In this document: positions 47,744 to 58,441 of the stretch, in pieces
Layout of the letters: every line of letters starts with the position of its first letter
How positions within the stretch are numbered: position 1 is the first letter of the stretch
Assembly: GCA_963802945.1 (NCBI GenBank)
Contig: CAWDKY010000034.1
Coordinates: 70,252-134,251 of the forward strand
Reading direction: 5' to 3'
Length of the DNA: 64,000 nt
Source of the DNA: an uncultured delta proteobacterium
Lineage (GTDB): Bacteria; Desulfobacterota; RBG-13-43-22
The notes under the pieces: generated by a model
The model's input: only the letters and a program-made list of their open reading frames with translations
Told to the model about the DNA's origin: nothing
The model's database searches: none
Position numbers and translations under genes: made by a program

Positions 47744-49651
47744 TTATTTCACTTCTTCAAAGTCGGCATCGACTACGTCGTCATCGGGCTTCTTTCCGCC
47801 TGATGGACCGGCTTCGGCCTCCGGGCCGGCGCCCGGCCCCTGTTGGCTGGCTTGGGAATACATCTTTTCGGCCAGCTTATGAGAGGTCTGGGTCAGCTCG
47901 TCCGAGAGCCGCTTAATTTCAGCCGTATCGCTTGTTTCCATGGCCTTCTTCAACCGCTCAATAGACGAATCGATATCCGATTTTAGGGAACTCTCCACCT
48001 TGTCTCCCAGATCCTTAACGGTTTTTTCCGTCGAATAGATCAAAGTGTCGGCATGGTTGCGGGCTTCGGCCAGTTCCTTTTTCTTTTTGTCCTCTTCGGA
48101 ATGCATCTCCGCATCTTTGACCAGGCGCTTGATTTCTTCTTCGGATAAGCCGCTGGAGGCGGTTATCTTGATGGACTGTTCCTTGCCGGTGCCCAGATCT
48201 TTGGCCGAGACATGGACGATCCCGTTGGCATCGATATCAAAGGTGACCTCGATCTGGGGCAGTCCCCGAGGGGCCGCCGGAATACCGGTCAATTCAAAAC
48301 GCCCGAGGGTTTTGTTATCGGCCGCCATCTCCCGCTCGCCCTGAAGGACATGGATGGAAACGGCCGGCTGGTTGTCCGCAGCCGTGGAAAAGATCTGGCT
48401 CTTCCGGGTCGGTATGGTGGTATTCTTTTCAATCAATTTGGTATGAACACCGCCCAGGGTCTCGATCCCCAGAGACAACGGGGTCACGTCCAGAAGCAGG
48501 ACATCTTTGACATCCCCTTTCAAGACCCCGGCCTGGATAGCGGCCCCGATGGCCACCACCTCATCGGGGTTCACGCCCTTATGAGGTTCACGTCCGAAAA
48601 TTTCTTTCACCTTTTGCTGAACTTTCGGCATCCGGGTCATTCCGCCCACCAGGATGACTTCCTGAATCTGGTCGGTTGTAAGCCCCGCATCCTTAAGTGC
48701 AGTCCGACAGGGAGGAACCACCTTTTCAACCAGATCTTCTACCAGCATCTCCAGTTTGGCCCGGGAAAGCTTGATGTTCAGATGTTTGGGGCCGCTGGCA
48801 TCGGCAGTGATAAAGGGAAGATTGATATCCGTTTCCATGGCCGTGGAAAGTTCCATCTTGGCCTTTTCAGCCGCCTCTTTCAGGCGTTGCAAGGCCATTT
48901 TGTCGCTCCGCAGATCAATGCCCTGATCCTTTCGGAACTCAGCCGCCAGATAATCAATAACCCGCAAATCGAAATCCTCCCCGCCCAGGTGGGTGTCTCC
49001 ATTGGTGGATTTGACTTCAAAGACCCCTTCACCGATCTCCAGGATGGAGATATCAAAGGTCCCGCCGCCCAGATCGAATACAGCGATCTTCTCATCCTTC
49101 TTTTTATCCAGACCATAAGCCAGAGCGGCCGCCGTCGGTTCATTGATGATCCGCAGGACATTCATTCCCGAAATGCGACCGGCATCTTTGGTAGCCTGGC
49201 GTTGACTGTCATTAAAATAGGCCGGCACGGTAATCACGGCATCGGTGACCTTTTCGCCCAGATATTCTTCCGCGGTCTGTTTCATTTTAGTCAGGATCAT
49301 GGAAGAGATTTCGGCCGGGCTGTATTCTTTGCCCTGGATTTCAATATGGGCGTCACCGTTGGAGGCCTTGATGATCTTATAGGGCAAGATATGGATATCA
49401 CCCTGGACCTCCCGGGAATCGTATTTACGCCCGATCAGTCGTTTTACGGCATAGACGGTATTGGTCGGATTGGTGATAGCCTGCCGTCTGGCCACCTGGC
49501 CGACCAGCCGTTCGTTATTGTCTGTGACGGAAACCACCGACGGCGTTGTGCGGCTTCCCTCGACATTCGCAATTACCTTGGGATCTCCACCCTCCATAAT
49601 GGCCACACACGAATTGGTGGTCCCCAAATCAATTCCAATGATTTTACTCAT
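47744..49651 (-). CDS. dnaK: Chaperone DnaK
   Basis: [42 protein letters not shown]. Confidence 0.99.
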   Translation of the reverse strand: MSKIIGIDLGTTNSCVAIMEGGDPKVIANVEGSRTTPSVVSVTDNNERLVGQVARRQAITNPTNTVYAVKRLIGRKYDSREVQGDIHILPYKIIKASNGDAHIEIQGKEYSPAEISSMILTKMKQTAEEYLGEKVTDAVITVPAYFNDSQRQATKDAGRISGMNVLRIINEPTAAALAYGLDKKKDEKIAVFDLGGGTFDISILEIGEGVFEVKSTNGDTHLGGEDFDLRVIDYLAAEFRKDQGIDLRSDKMALQRLKEAAEKAKMELSTAMETDINLPFITADASGPKHLNIKLSRAKLEMLVEDLVEKVVPPCRTALKDAGLTTDQIQEVILVGGMTRMPKVQQKVKEIFGREPHKGVNPDEVVAIGAAIQAGVLKGDVKDVLLLDVTPLSLGIETLGGVHTKLIEKNTTIPTRKSQIFSTAADNQPAVSIHVLQGEREMAADNKTLGRFELTGIPAAPRGLPQIEVTFDIDANGIVHVSAKDLGTGKEQSIKITASSGLSEEEIKRLVKDAEMHSEEDKKKKELAEARNHADTLIYSTEKTVKDLGDKVESSLKSDIDSSIERLKKAMETSDTAEIKRLSDELTQTSHKLAEKMYSQASQQGPGAGPEAEAGPSGGKKPDDDVVDADFEEVK

Positions 49652-49712
49652 CTTATCCTCCTTTGATTATATCAATACCTGTGTCCCCGAACCGACCTGT
49701 TTATTTTTAAGA

Positions 49713-50300
49713 TCAGGCTTCGGGATCTTCATCAGGGTTTAGTTCCGGTTTTTTGGAAACAACGACCATGGCCGGACGAACCAAGCGGTTATGCAACCGA
49801 TACCCGATTTGCAATTGAGAGATGACCTGGCCGGCAGGCTTTTGGGCATCCTCTTGAACCATGACCGCTTCATGGTGGGTGGGATCAAAGGCTTCTCCCA
49901 TGGCCTCCACCCGGGATATCCCGTATTTTTCCAAGACCGCCCAAAAGTTTTTATAAGTCAACTCGACCCCTTCGAGAAGGGCCTTGGGATTTTCTGCGTC
50001 CCGGCCGTGCTCCAAGGCCCGTTCCAGATTGTCCAGCACTGGAAGCAAGTCTTTCAATAAATTTTCATTAGCGAATTTGTAAGCCTCAGCTTTTTCCTTT
50101 TCCATTCTCTTTTTGAAATTTTCCAACTCGGCCGAAAGGCGAAGATAACGGTCGTAATTTTCCTGGGCTTCTTTTTCTTTTTCCTGAAGCCGAGTTTCTA
50201 AATCCGGTTTTTTTTCTTTTTCCTTTCCAGCAGTCGCCTCCTCAGCCGCATTCGATGGTTTAGGCTGAGTGGGTTCTTCCGTCACCTTTATCTTGGTCAA
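49713..50300 (-). CDS. grpE: Nucleotide exchange factor GrpE
   Basis: AELENFKKR, LLPVLDNLERA, FDPTHHEAV, GYRLHNRLVRPAMVVV. Confidence 0.97.
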   Translation of the reverse strand: MTKIKVTEEPTQPKPSNAAEEATAGKEKEKKPDLETRLQEKEKEAQENYDRYLRLSAELENFKKRMEKEKAEAYKFANENLLKDLLPVLDNLERALEHGRDAENPKALLEGVELTYKNFWAVLEKYGISRVEAMGEAFDPTHHEAVMVQEDAQKPAGQVISQLQIGYRLHNRLVRPAMVVVSKKPELNPDEDPEA

Positions 50301-50415
50301 AAGTTTTACCTCTCTTTAACTCTATCGTTTCATTTTTTTGCCGCCGAAACACCCTGATATTTTGTTCCGTGTGGTTCGGCCGTAAAAAAAACTTATCGGC
50401 CTTAAACGAAAAGGG

Positions 50416-51453
50416 TTAGATCTTCTTTTCCAGGATCCGGCTGATTACCTTGGCCGTATAGTCTACGATCGGTATCACTCGATCGTAATTCATCCGGGTC
50501 GGTCCGATGACCCCAAGGGTTCCGATGGGATACTCTCCCTTGGTGTACGGGGCGGTGATAACGCTGCAGCCCCCCATCTCATCAATCTGGGTTTCCGACC
50601 CGATAAAGATCTGAATCCCGATGGCATTGATACTTTTTTCCAATAGCCGTATTAATATATTTTTCTCTTCAAAGGCCTTGAAAAGGTCTCTTAATATTTC
50701 GATCTGGCTGAATTCCGGATAGCGCATCAGATTACTCCGACCCTCGATATACACATCACTGAAGGATTCTTCCTGGAAGGCCTGGTTGGAAATTTCCAGG
50801 GCCTTGGATAATAAGGCATCAAAGTCATCCTTATCCTTTTTCATTTCCTCCAGGACCTTCTGTTTGAGCTGATCCAGGGTCAGGTCGCTGAGTAATTCAT
50901 TAAGATAATGGGTTAAGTGGTCCAGTTCATTTTGAGAAAGGTTGTCCTCAATTTCAATGATCTTATTCTGAACCAGTCCGGCCTTGGTCACCAGGACCAT
51001 TAAAATCAGATTATCCCTCATCCGGATGAATTCAATATGTTTAAAAACCGTGGCTGACGACTTAGGCCGGGAGACGATCGCCGCCTGTTCGGTGACTACG
51101 GCCAGCATCTTGGAAGTGGTTTTTAACAATTCTTCCACTTCCTGACTGCTGTCCATCAGATAATTTTGGATCCTGTGCTTTTCCGAATCGGCCAGCGGGC
51201 GTAACTCCAGAATGGAGTTGACATAAAATCGCAGCCCGGTCTCGGTCGGCACCCTCCCGGCGGAAACATGGGGCTGGGTGATCAACCCGATATCCTCCAG
51301 GTCGGACATGATATTTCGAATGGTGGCCGGACTCAGATGGATGTCGTTTTTTTTGGAAATAGCCCGGGACCCGACCGGTTCAGCCGTCTCTATATAATCT
51401 CTAACAATGGCATTTAAAATGGAACGATTTCTTTGGTCCAGGAAAATAGTCAT
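50416..51453 (-). CDS. hrcA: Heat-inducible repressor HrcA
   Basis: YIETAEPVGS, SPATIRNIMSDLE, PHVSAGRVPT, LGVIGPTRMNY. Confidence 0.97.
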   Translation of the reverse strand: MTIFLDQRNRSILNAIVRDYIETAEPVGSRAISKKNDIHLSPATIRNIMSDLEDIGLITQPHVSAGRVPTETGLRFYVNSILELRPLADSEKHRIQNYLMDSSQEVEELLKTTSKMLAVVTEQAAIVSRPKSSATVFKHIEFIRMRDNLILMVLVTKAGLVQNKIIEIEDNLSQNELDHLTHYLNELLSDLTLDQLKQKVLEEMKKDKDDFDALLSKALEISNQAFQEESFSDVYIEGRSNLMRYPEFSQIEILRDLFKAFEEKNILIRLLEKSINAIGIQIFIGSETQIDEMGGCSVITAPYTKGEYPIGTLGVIGPTRMNYDRVIPIVDYTAKVISRILEKKI

Positions 51454-51499
51454 ATAAATCAGTTAACTCCTAAAAATAATGCATTAATAAGGTGTCATA

Positions 51500-51528
51500 A
51501 ATTTAATTACCATTAAGGACTTTGTCAA
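51500..51528 (-). promoter_or_regulatory. Putative sigma70 promoter of hrcA-grpE-dnaK
   Basis: TTGACA-17-TAAATT on the minus strand. Confidence 0.6.
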
Positions 51529-51633
51529 GCCTAAATCATTAAATATAGGGGCTAAGGAGGCTACTACCTTGACAAAAAATAAAATCTCTTTTCTTAGAAA
51601 ACTTGGATACACTTCAATCTTTTATTCTCACCC

Positions 51634-52765
51634 TCAAAACCCATAAAAGCTCTGATCCTTATTCAAAACCTTGGCCCCCTTTTTTTTAATCACGACCATA
51701 TTTTCCAAGCGGACCCCTCCCCAGCCGGGCAAATAGATACCGGGTTCAATGGTGACTACCATACCCGGCTTCAAGAGATCGAGACTGCTCGGGCCAAGGC
51801 TGGGTAGTTCATGGGTGGCCAGCCCCACACCGTGACCCAGAGAATGTTTAAAGAATTTTCCGTAGCCTTCTTTTTCAATCACTGATCGGGCCAGGGCATC
51901 GACTGTGGCCGTAGTCAATCCGGCCCGTATCCCTTTTTCGGCCTTAAGCTGGGCTTGCCGGACAAGCGAATAAACTTCTTTAAAACGGTCGGTTGGGCGA
52001 CCCAAAAACACGGTCCGGGAAAGATCGGAACAATAGCCTTTCCATTTACTTCCAAAATCGAACAAGATCGGTTCCCCTTTTTGTATTTCCCGTTCCGTTG
52101 GTTCAGCATGGGGACGGGCGGCATTAGGTCCTGAGGCCACGATCGGTTCAAAGGCCAGTTCCTCTCCTCCTTTTAGATGAATCCAATGTTTAATCTGCCA
52201 GGCGATCTCTTTTTCGGTTTCACCCGGCCGCAAGGTCTTTAATACTTCTCGGAAGACCTCTGCAGTAATAGACAGGGCTCGACGGATAGCTGTTATTTCC
52301 AGACGATCTTTTTGTGCTCTTATTTCTTCAATCAACTGGTAAGTAGGTAAGAATAGAAAGAGAATTCCCCTGGGAACGGATCAATTTTTTAAGTCTCTGA
52401 AAGCTGTAAACGCTTAAGGAATGGCTTTCGAAGGCCATCTTTTTTATGGGCTTTAATAGACTCTTGATTTCCGGCCAGGAAACCTCCAATCCTTTTCGGT
52501 AGATAAAAGGAAAATATCCTTTGGCCTGGTGCTGGGCCTCGACTTCAAAGCGCGGGTCAGTGCCCAGGATGGCCAGACTTTTACCTATGATCAAAAATCC
52601 GGAGGATTCATTAAGCTGGGGATCAGTTGGTTTGAATCCACTGAGATACCGACGGTTTTCCGGCTGAGAAACAAGGATTCCCGAAAAGGAACTGTCCTTT
52701 AATTCATTAAGGAGACGAAGCACACGCCCCTGATAAGGCGCCGGAATGGATAATTTTTTCATCAT
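51634..52765 (-). CDS. Xaa-Pro aminopeptidase (M24), split by an apparent 1-nt insertion near 52355
   Basis: Creatinase-N domain (NRRYLSGF...TDPRF) followed by the catalytic domain (PH, DFG...YCSDLSRT, HSLGHGVGLATHE, TIEPGIY, GVRLE). Confidence 0.9.
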
Positions 52766-52850
52766 GGAGTTCTCAGATTCTGCTTTAATGGCTTGACATC
52801 TTTATAATAATAACTAATATATAAATATAACCTTAATTAGTTAGGGAGCC

Positions 52851-53381
52851 ATGAAAAGCTACAGGCATTTTACTCCAGGGGAAATTTATTGGGTGGATAA
52901 AGCCCTGGAGATTGCCGAAGACACTACCTGTAATCATTACCATATTTCTACCAGCAATTGGAAGAAATATGATTTTGAGATTTCCAATCTGGCCCATTTG
53001 AGAAAAGAAGAAATTACTTCTGACGGGTTGGCCCAGATCGCCCGTTATGTTTATCCCTTTCCCTACAGGATTCCGATAAATTTTCCGAGGGATTATTACC
53101 GGATATGTCTTCAGGATCACAATATCCTGGGGGTCATTGACCGGAAAGAAGGGATAGAATTATTTCCCTTGATGGTCTACATTTTAACCCATGAACTGGT
53201 CCATGTGGTCCGGTTCAGAAAATTTATGCAGCGTTTTGATGTCGAACAGGAAGAAAAGGCCGCAGAAGAAGGTAAGGTCCATCAGGCCACATACCAGATC
53301 TTGAAGTCTTTGAAAGGGATAAATTTAAACCCTATTTTTGATTCCTATGTAGGGCATCGCTGTCCGAATGAGATAAGTTAG
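52851..53381 (+). CDS. Hypothetical protein with an HExxH zinc-peptidase motif
   Basis: YILTHELVHVVRF...EE; RBS GGAG. Confidence 0.7.
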   Translation: MKSYRHFTPGEIYWVDKALEIAEDTTCNHYHISTSNWKKYDFEISNLAHLRKEEITSDGLAQIARYVYPFPYRIPINFPRDYYRICLQDHNILGVIDRKEGIELFPLMVYILTHELVHVVRFRKFMQRFDVEQEEKAAEEGKVHQATYQILKSLKGINLNPIFDSYVGHRCPNEIS

Positions 53382-53403
53382 TTAGTATCAGGAGGTTTTA
53401 GAA

Positions 53404-53703
53404 ATGCCGGTTTACGAGTATGAATGTCAAAAATGTAAACAAGTTACTGAAGCTATGCAGAAATTTTCCGATCCCCCGTTGACTAAATGCCCCCACTGTG
53501 CCGGACGCTTACGTAAAATGATTTCTAGAAGCGCCTTTCATCTCAAAGGCAGCGGCTGGTATGTCACTGATTACGCCCGTAAGGGGGATTCGGCCCCTTT
53601 GGGGAAAAAAGATAAACCTGCGGAGGGTACAGAGAAGAGCCCGGAAAAAAGCAGCGAGCCGAGTCCCAGTGCCTCTCCCAGCGTGACTCCCGAGACCAAA
53701 TAA
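53404..53703 (+). CDS. FmdB-family zinc-ribbon protein
   Basis: MPVYEYECQKC...CPHC...FHLKGSGWYVTDY. Confidence 0.92.
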   Translation: MPVYEYECQKCKQVTEAMQKFSDPPLTKCPHCAGRLRKMISRSAFHLKGSGWYVTDYARKGDSAPLGKKDKPAEGTEKSPEKSSEPSPSASPSVTPETK

Positions 53704-53715
53704 AAATGACCAATG

Positions 53716-53839
53716 GCGAGGGACGAGAGAAGAAGGACGAGTTTAGTTTTTTAGATTTTGATTTTTTAATTTTTGTTCCTTTGCTTTCGTTTTTCGTCCA
53801 TCAGCCTTCATACTTTATATCTCGTCCCTCGTCCCTCTC
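53716..53839. repeat. Heptamer-based inverted-repeat element, (GGACGAG)n...(CTCGTCC)n
   Basis: gcgagggacgagagaagaaggacgag ... ctcgtccctcgtccctctc. Confidence 0.7.
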
Positions 53840-56260
53840 ATGAAAGCCAATCGGTTTATATGTATTCACGGCCATTTTTACCAGCCTCCCAGGGAAAACC
53901 CCTGGCTGGAGGCTGTTGAAAGAGAAGAAACAGCCGCTCCTTACCATGATTGGAATGAACGGATTCTAACCGAATGCTATGCCCCCAACAGCCGTTCCCG
54001 TATCCAAAACGAAAAGGGTCAAATAATACGGATCAGCAATAATTATCAAATGATCAGTTTTAATTTCGGCCCAACTCTCTTATCCTGGATGGAAGAAAAG
54101 GCCGGGATCACCCTTAAAGTAATTCAACAGGCCGATCACCAATCACAAAAAGAGCAAGACGGACATGGCAATGCCCTGGCCCAGGCCTATAACCATATTA
54201 TCCTTCCCCTGGCCGAAGAAAGAGACGTGCTAACCCAGGTCCGCTGGGGCAAGGCGGACTTCCGGAAACGATTCAACCGGGAACCGGAAGGAATGTGGCT
54301 TCCGGAGACGGCCGTTAACCTGAGGGTCCTCGAGGCATTGGTCAGGGAAGGGCTAAAGTTTGCCATCCTGGCCCCCCATCAGGCCAAGCGTTTTCGTCCC
54401 CTTGGTCAGCAACAATGGATTGAGACCCAGGGGACCATCAATCCCCGGCGGCCCTACTGGTGTAATCTAACCAACGGGCAAAAAATAGCTCTTTTTTTCT
54501 ATGACGGAGGTCTGGCTCATGGGATCGCTTTTGAAAATTATTTACAGAACGGCGAGATCCTCTTTCAGCGTCTGTTGAACGGCTTTGATCCCCAGGATAC
54601 CGGTCCCCAGTTGGTTAACGTGGCAACGGATGGTGAATCCTACGGACACCATCGTCTGTTTGGAGATATGGCCCTGGCCTATGCCCTTCATCAATTGGAG
54701 AAAGACCCCACTATACAAGTAACAAATTATGGTTGGTTTTTGGCCCATTTCCCTCCCCAATTCGAAGTGGAGATATACGAAAACACCTCCTGGAGTTGTG
54801 CCCATGGAATTGAACGATGGCGGGCTAACTGCGGCTGCCGGCTAGGTGGGCCAGAATTCCAGCAAGCCTGGAGGGCGCCCCTTCGGGAGGGCCTAGACCG
54901 TTTAAAAAATGAATTGGACCTTCTTTTTGAAAGCCGGTCCGCTTCTTTATTGAAAGACCCCTGGCAGGCCAGAGATGCCTATATCCAGGTCCTTTTGGAC
55001 CGATCCCCGGAAAATCTGGAACAGTTTTTCGCTGAGCAGGGCAGTAAGCCGTCTATGTCCTTGAAAGACCGGGTTCAGGCCCTAAAGCTCCTTGACATGC
55101 AGCGCATGGGTCTGTTGATGTTTACCAGCTGCGCTTGGTTCTTTGATGAAATCAGCGGGCTGGAAACCACCCAAATCCTGAAATATGCCTGCCGGGCCAT
55201 CCAGATCGCCAAGGATTTTGGATCGGATTTAGAAGAATCCCTTCTCCCTGATCTAAAAAAAGCCCCTAGCAACAAAAAGGAATTTGGGGACGGAGCAAAA
55301 ATCTGGCAACAAAAGATACGTCCCTGTACGGTTGATCTCTCACGGGTTCTGGCCCATTACGCCATCGGTTCCATTTACCAAAAGAACCAAAAAGATCGCA
55401 TTTATTGTTATCAATTGAGCCATCAGGACCAAGTGATTCTTTCTCAAAACGGATCCCACCTGGCAGTGGGCCGTCTTAAAGTTTCTTCAACCATCACCCT
55501 GGAGGAACAGGAAGGAATCTTTGCCGTCTTCCATTTTGGAGGAGTGGATTTCCAATGCCTTTTGAAACCCTACCCAAACAACGAGGGATACGAAACCTTC
55601 AAAAAGGATATCCTTAATCTCTATAAAACATCTTCATTGGGGGATGTCCACGATTGGGTAAAGGAAATCTTTGCCCCTGGTCGCTTCTACTTAAAAGATC
55701 TTTTTTCAGAAGAACGACAGCGGCTGATCAATCTCCTCCTTCAAGAACGGATGGAAAACCATATCCTTCTCCTGGAGGATTGGGTCAAAGAAGATATCGG
55801 GACCTTGATTAAATTGATTGAGATGGGGGTGGCCTTGCCCAACCCAATGAAGATGGCTTTGACCCTCATTCTGGACCGGGCCTTAGAAAAAGGGCTGCAA
55901 GAGGCCTTTCCTCCTTGGCAACAATTGGAAGGATTACAGGAATTTTTTAACCGTTCTCAGGAGCTGGGATATCCCCTGCCTAAAGAACAGGTTCAACAAA
56001 GAATCCAGATAAGGATCGAAAAAGAAATAAAACAATTAAAGGTGAACCTTGATCCGGATAGGCTCTTCACGGCTATCTACAAGATAATCCAAATTTGCCA
56101 CCAATTTGACGTCCCCCTCAATCTTTGGAATGTTCAAAATAGTTTTTTAGACGCCTGCCGAGACCTTCCCCAAAATAAGCCAGAGTATCGGAAAAACTAT
56201 CGGGCCTTTGCACTGAAAATCGACCTGCCCCCCGAGGTCATTGGATGGGAAGCCGAATGA
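53840..56260 (+). CDS. GH57 glycoside hydrolase with DUF3536 domain
   Basis: HGHFYQPPRENPW, GMWLPETAV, ATDGESYGHH, SWSCAHGIERW, MFTSCAWFFDEISG. Confidence 0.9.
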   Translation: MKANRFICIHGHFYQPPRENPWLEAVEREETAAPYHDWNERILTECYAPNSRSRIQNEKGQIIRISNNYQMISFNFGPTLLSWMEEKAGITLKVIQQADHQSQKEQDGHGNALAQAYNHIILPLAEERDVLTQVRWGKADFRKRFNREPEGMWLPETAVNLRVLEALVREGLKFAILAPHQAKRFRPLGQQQWIETQGTINPRRPYWCNLTNGQKIALFFYDGGLAHGIAFENYLQNGEILFQRLLNGFDPQDTGPQLVNVATDGESYGHHRLFGDMALAYALHQLEKDPTIQVTNYGWFLAHFPPQFEVEIYENTSWSCAHGIERWRANCGCRLGGPEFQQAWRAPLREGLDRLKNELDLLFESRSASLLKDPWQARDAYIQVLLDRSPENLEQFFAEQGSKPSMSLKDRVQALKLLDMQRMGLLMFTSCAWFFDEISGLETTQILKYACRAIQIAKDFGSDLEESLLPDLKKAPSNKKEFGDGAKIWQQKIRPCTVDLSRVLAHYAIGSIYQKNQKDRIYCYQLSHQDQVILSQNGSHLAVGRLKVSSTITLEEQEGIFAVFHFGGVDFQCLLKPYPNNEGYETFKKDILNLYKTSSLGDVHDWVKEIFAPGRFYLKDLFSEERQRLINLLLQERMENHILLLEDWVKEDIGTLIKLIEMGVALPNPMKMALTLILDRALEKGLQEAFPPWQQLEGLQEFFNRSQELGYPLPKEQVQQRIQIRIEKEIKQLKVNLDPDRLFTAIYKIIQICHQFDVPLNLWNVQNSFLDACRDLPQNKPEYRKNYRAFALKIDLPPEVIGWEAE

Positions 56261-58440
56261 AAAAACAACTCGAGGCGTTGGCTAAAGGAGAACACTTTGA
56301 TCCTCATCGGATATTGGGAGGACATCCCTATCAAGAAGGGAATAAGAAAGGGGTGATCATCCGGGCCTTCCACCCTGATGCCGTGAAGGCCTCCCTTTTG
56401 TTGGAAGGCCGGTCCGTTGAGTTGATTCGTATTCACCCCGGGGGGATCTTCGAGGCCGACCTGAAGGATATGACTTGGCCATTCCCCTATCATTTTCTTT
56501 TTTCCTTTCCTGACGGGAATCATTGGGAAACGGAAGACCCATACCGCTTTCCCCCAACCTTAGGAGATATGGATCTCCACCTTTTTAATGAAGGCAATCA
56601 CCTCCGGCTGTATGAAATCCTCGGAGCCCATTTGCGAACCATGGATGGAGTATCCGGGGTGTCCTTTGCCGTCTGGGCTCCCAATGCCAAGCGGGTCAGC
56701 CTCCTTTGTGAATTCAACCGCTGGGACGGACGCCTTTCTCCCATGCGGGCCGTGGGCAGTTCCGGTATTTGGGAACTGTTCGTACCTGGCCTGAGGCCAG
56801 GACTCCTGTACAAGTTTGAGATCAAGACCCAGGAAGGACTCCTCCGGATCAAAACCGATCCCCTGGCCTTTTCCATGGAGATTCCTCCGGCCATGTGTGC
56901 CAGGATATGGGACCTTTCCGAATATCAATGGGGCGACGGTCAATGGATGGAAAAACGCCCCAGCATCGATTTACGCGCTTCTCCTATGGCCATCTATGAA
57001 TGCCACCTGGGCTCGTTTCGCCGTGTCCCGGAAGAAGGAAACCGCCCTTTGACCTACCGGGAGATGACGCCTTACTTAATTGATGAGATCAAGCGTTATG
57101 GATTTACCCATCTGGAGCTTTTACCTGTGGCCGAACACCCCTTTGATGGATCTTGGGGATATCAGGTCACCGGTTATTATGCACCGACCAGCCGCTACGG
57201 GACCCCGGACGATTTTCGCTATTTGGTGGATGCCTGTCATCAGGCCGGGATCGGGGTTATTTTGGACTGGGTGCCGGCCCATTTTCCCAAGGATGATTAT
57301 AGCCTGCGCTGGTTTGACGGCACGGCCCTTTATGAGCACGCTGATCCTAAAAAAGGAGAACACCAGGACTGGGGCACACTGATTTTTAATTTCAGCCGAA
57401 ATGAAGTCCGAAATTTTCTTCTGGCCAATGCCCTTTTCTGGCTGGATCAATATCATATTGACGGGCTGAGGGTGGATGCCGTGGCCTCTATGATTTACCT
57501 GGATTACAGCCGGAAAGAAGGGGAATGGATCCCCAACGCCGATGGAGGCAGGGAGAATCTGGAAGCCATTGCTTTTCTAAAAACCTTAAATGAAGAAGTC
57601 TATGGTCTCTTTCCCGGTTGTTTTACCATAGCCGAGGAGTCCACGGACTGGGGCGGCGTTACCACTCCGGTCTACCTTAACGGCCTGGGATTCGGCTTCA
57701 AGTGGAATATGGGCTGGATGCATGACACCTTGTCTTATTTTTCCAAAGACCCGGTGTATCGAAGCTATCATCATAACGACTTAACCTTTTCCATGCTCTA
57801 TGCTTATACTGAAAATTTTATCTTGCCCTTCTCCCATGATGAGATTGTGCATGGGAAGGGGTCTTTGCTTTCCAAAATGCCTGGAGATACCTGGCAAAAG
57901 TTCGCCAACTTACGGACGTTGATCGGGTATATGTTCACCCATCCCGGGAAGAAGCTCTTGTTCATGGGCACCGAATTGGCTATGGAGCGGGAGTGGGATC
58001 ATGACCAGAGTCTGGACTGGCATCTGGAAGAAGATCCCTGGCGAATAGGATTACAAAAATTCATGGCCGATCTGGGAAGTTTTTATCAAAGGGAGCCGGC
58101 CCTCTGGGAAAAGGATCACCAGCCCGAAGGATTCCGTTGGATTGACTGCCAGGACTGGCAGCAATCAGTTGTTGCTTATGTGCGCAGTTCCAGGGAAACC
58201 TGGGTGGTTGTTGCCCTCAACCTGACGCCGGTGCCCCGGTTCAATTACCGAATCGGGGTTCCCTATACCCCTTATTACCAGGAAGAGATCAACAGTGATT
58301 CTAAATGGTACGGGGGAAGTAATCTCGGTAATCTGGGACGAATCCGCACCGAACCGGTACCTTTTCATTCCTATGCCCAATCCCTGCTGATAACTCTTCC
58401 GCCTTTGTCCTGCCTCATCTTACGACCTGAAAAAGATTAA
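56257..58440 (+). CDS. glgB: 1,4-alpha-glucan branching enzyme (GH13)
   Basis: SWGYQ, DWVPAHF, RVDAVASM, AEEST, SHDEIVHGK; ATGA overlap with the GH57 gene. Confidence 0.97.
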   Translation: MKKQLEALAKGEHFDPHRILGGHPYQEGNKKGVIIRAFHPDAVKASLLLEGRSVELIRIHPGGIFEADLKDMTWPFPYHFLFSFPDGNHWETEDPYRFPPTLGDMDLHLFNEGNHLRLYEILGAHLRTMDGVSGVSFAVWAPNAKRVSLLCEFNRWDGRLSPMRAVGSSGIWELFVPGLRPGLLYKFEIKTQEGLLRIKTDPLAFSMEIPPAMCARIWDLSEYQWGDGQWMEKRPSIDLRASPMAIYECHLGSFRRVPEEGNRPLTYREMTPYLIDEIKRYGFTHLELLPVAEHPFDGSWGYQVTGYYAPTSRYGTPDDFRYLVDACHQAGIGVILDWVPAHFPKDDYSLRWFDGTALYEHADPKKGEHQDWGTLIFNFSRNEVRNFLLANALFWLDQYHIDGLRVDAVASMIYLDYSRKEGEWIPNADGGRENLEAIAFLKTLNEEVYGLFPGCFTIAEESTDWGGVTTPVYLNGLGFGFKWNMGWMHDTLSYFSKDPVYRSYHHNDLTFSMLYAYTENFILPFSHDEIVHGKGSLLSKMPGDTWQKFANLRTLIGYMFTHPGKKLLFMGTELAMEREWDHDQSLDWHLEEDPWRIGLQKFMADLGSFYQREPALWEKDHQPEGFRWIDCQDWQQSVVAYVRSSRETWVVVALNLTPVPRFNYRIGVPYTPYYQEEINSDSKWYGGSNLGNLGRIRTEPVPFHSYAQSLLITLPPLSCLILRPEKD

Positions 58441-58441
58441 T

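Noticed and set aside
48212-49666. 484-aa ORF antisense to dnaK
   Set aside because: Known shadow ORF opposite hsp70 genes caused by codon bias; no independent motifs.
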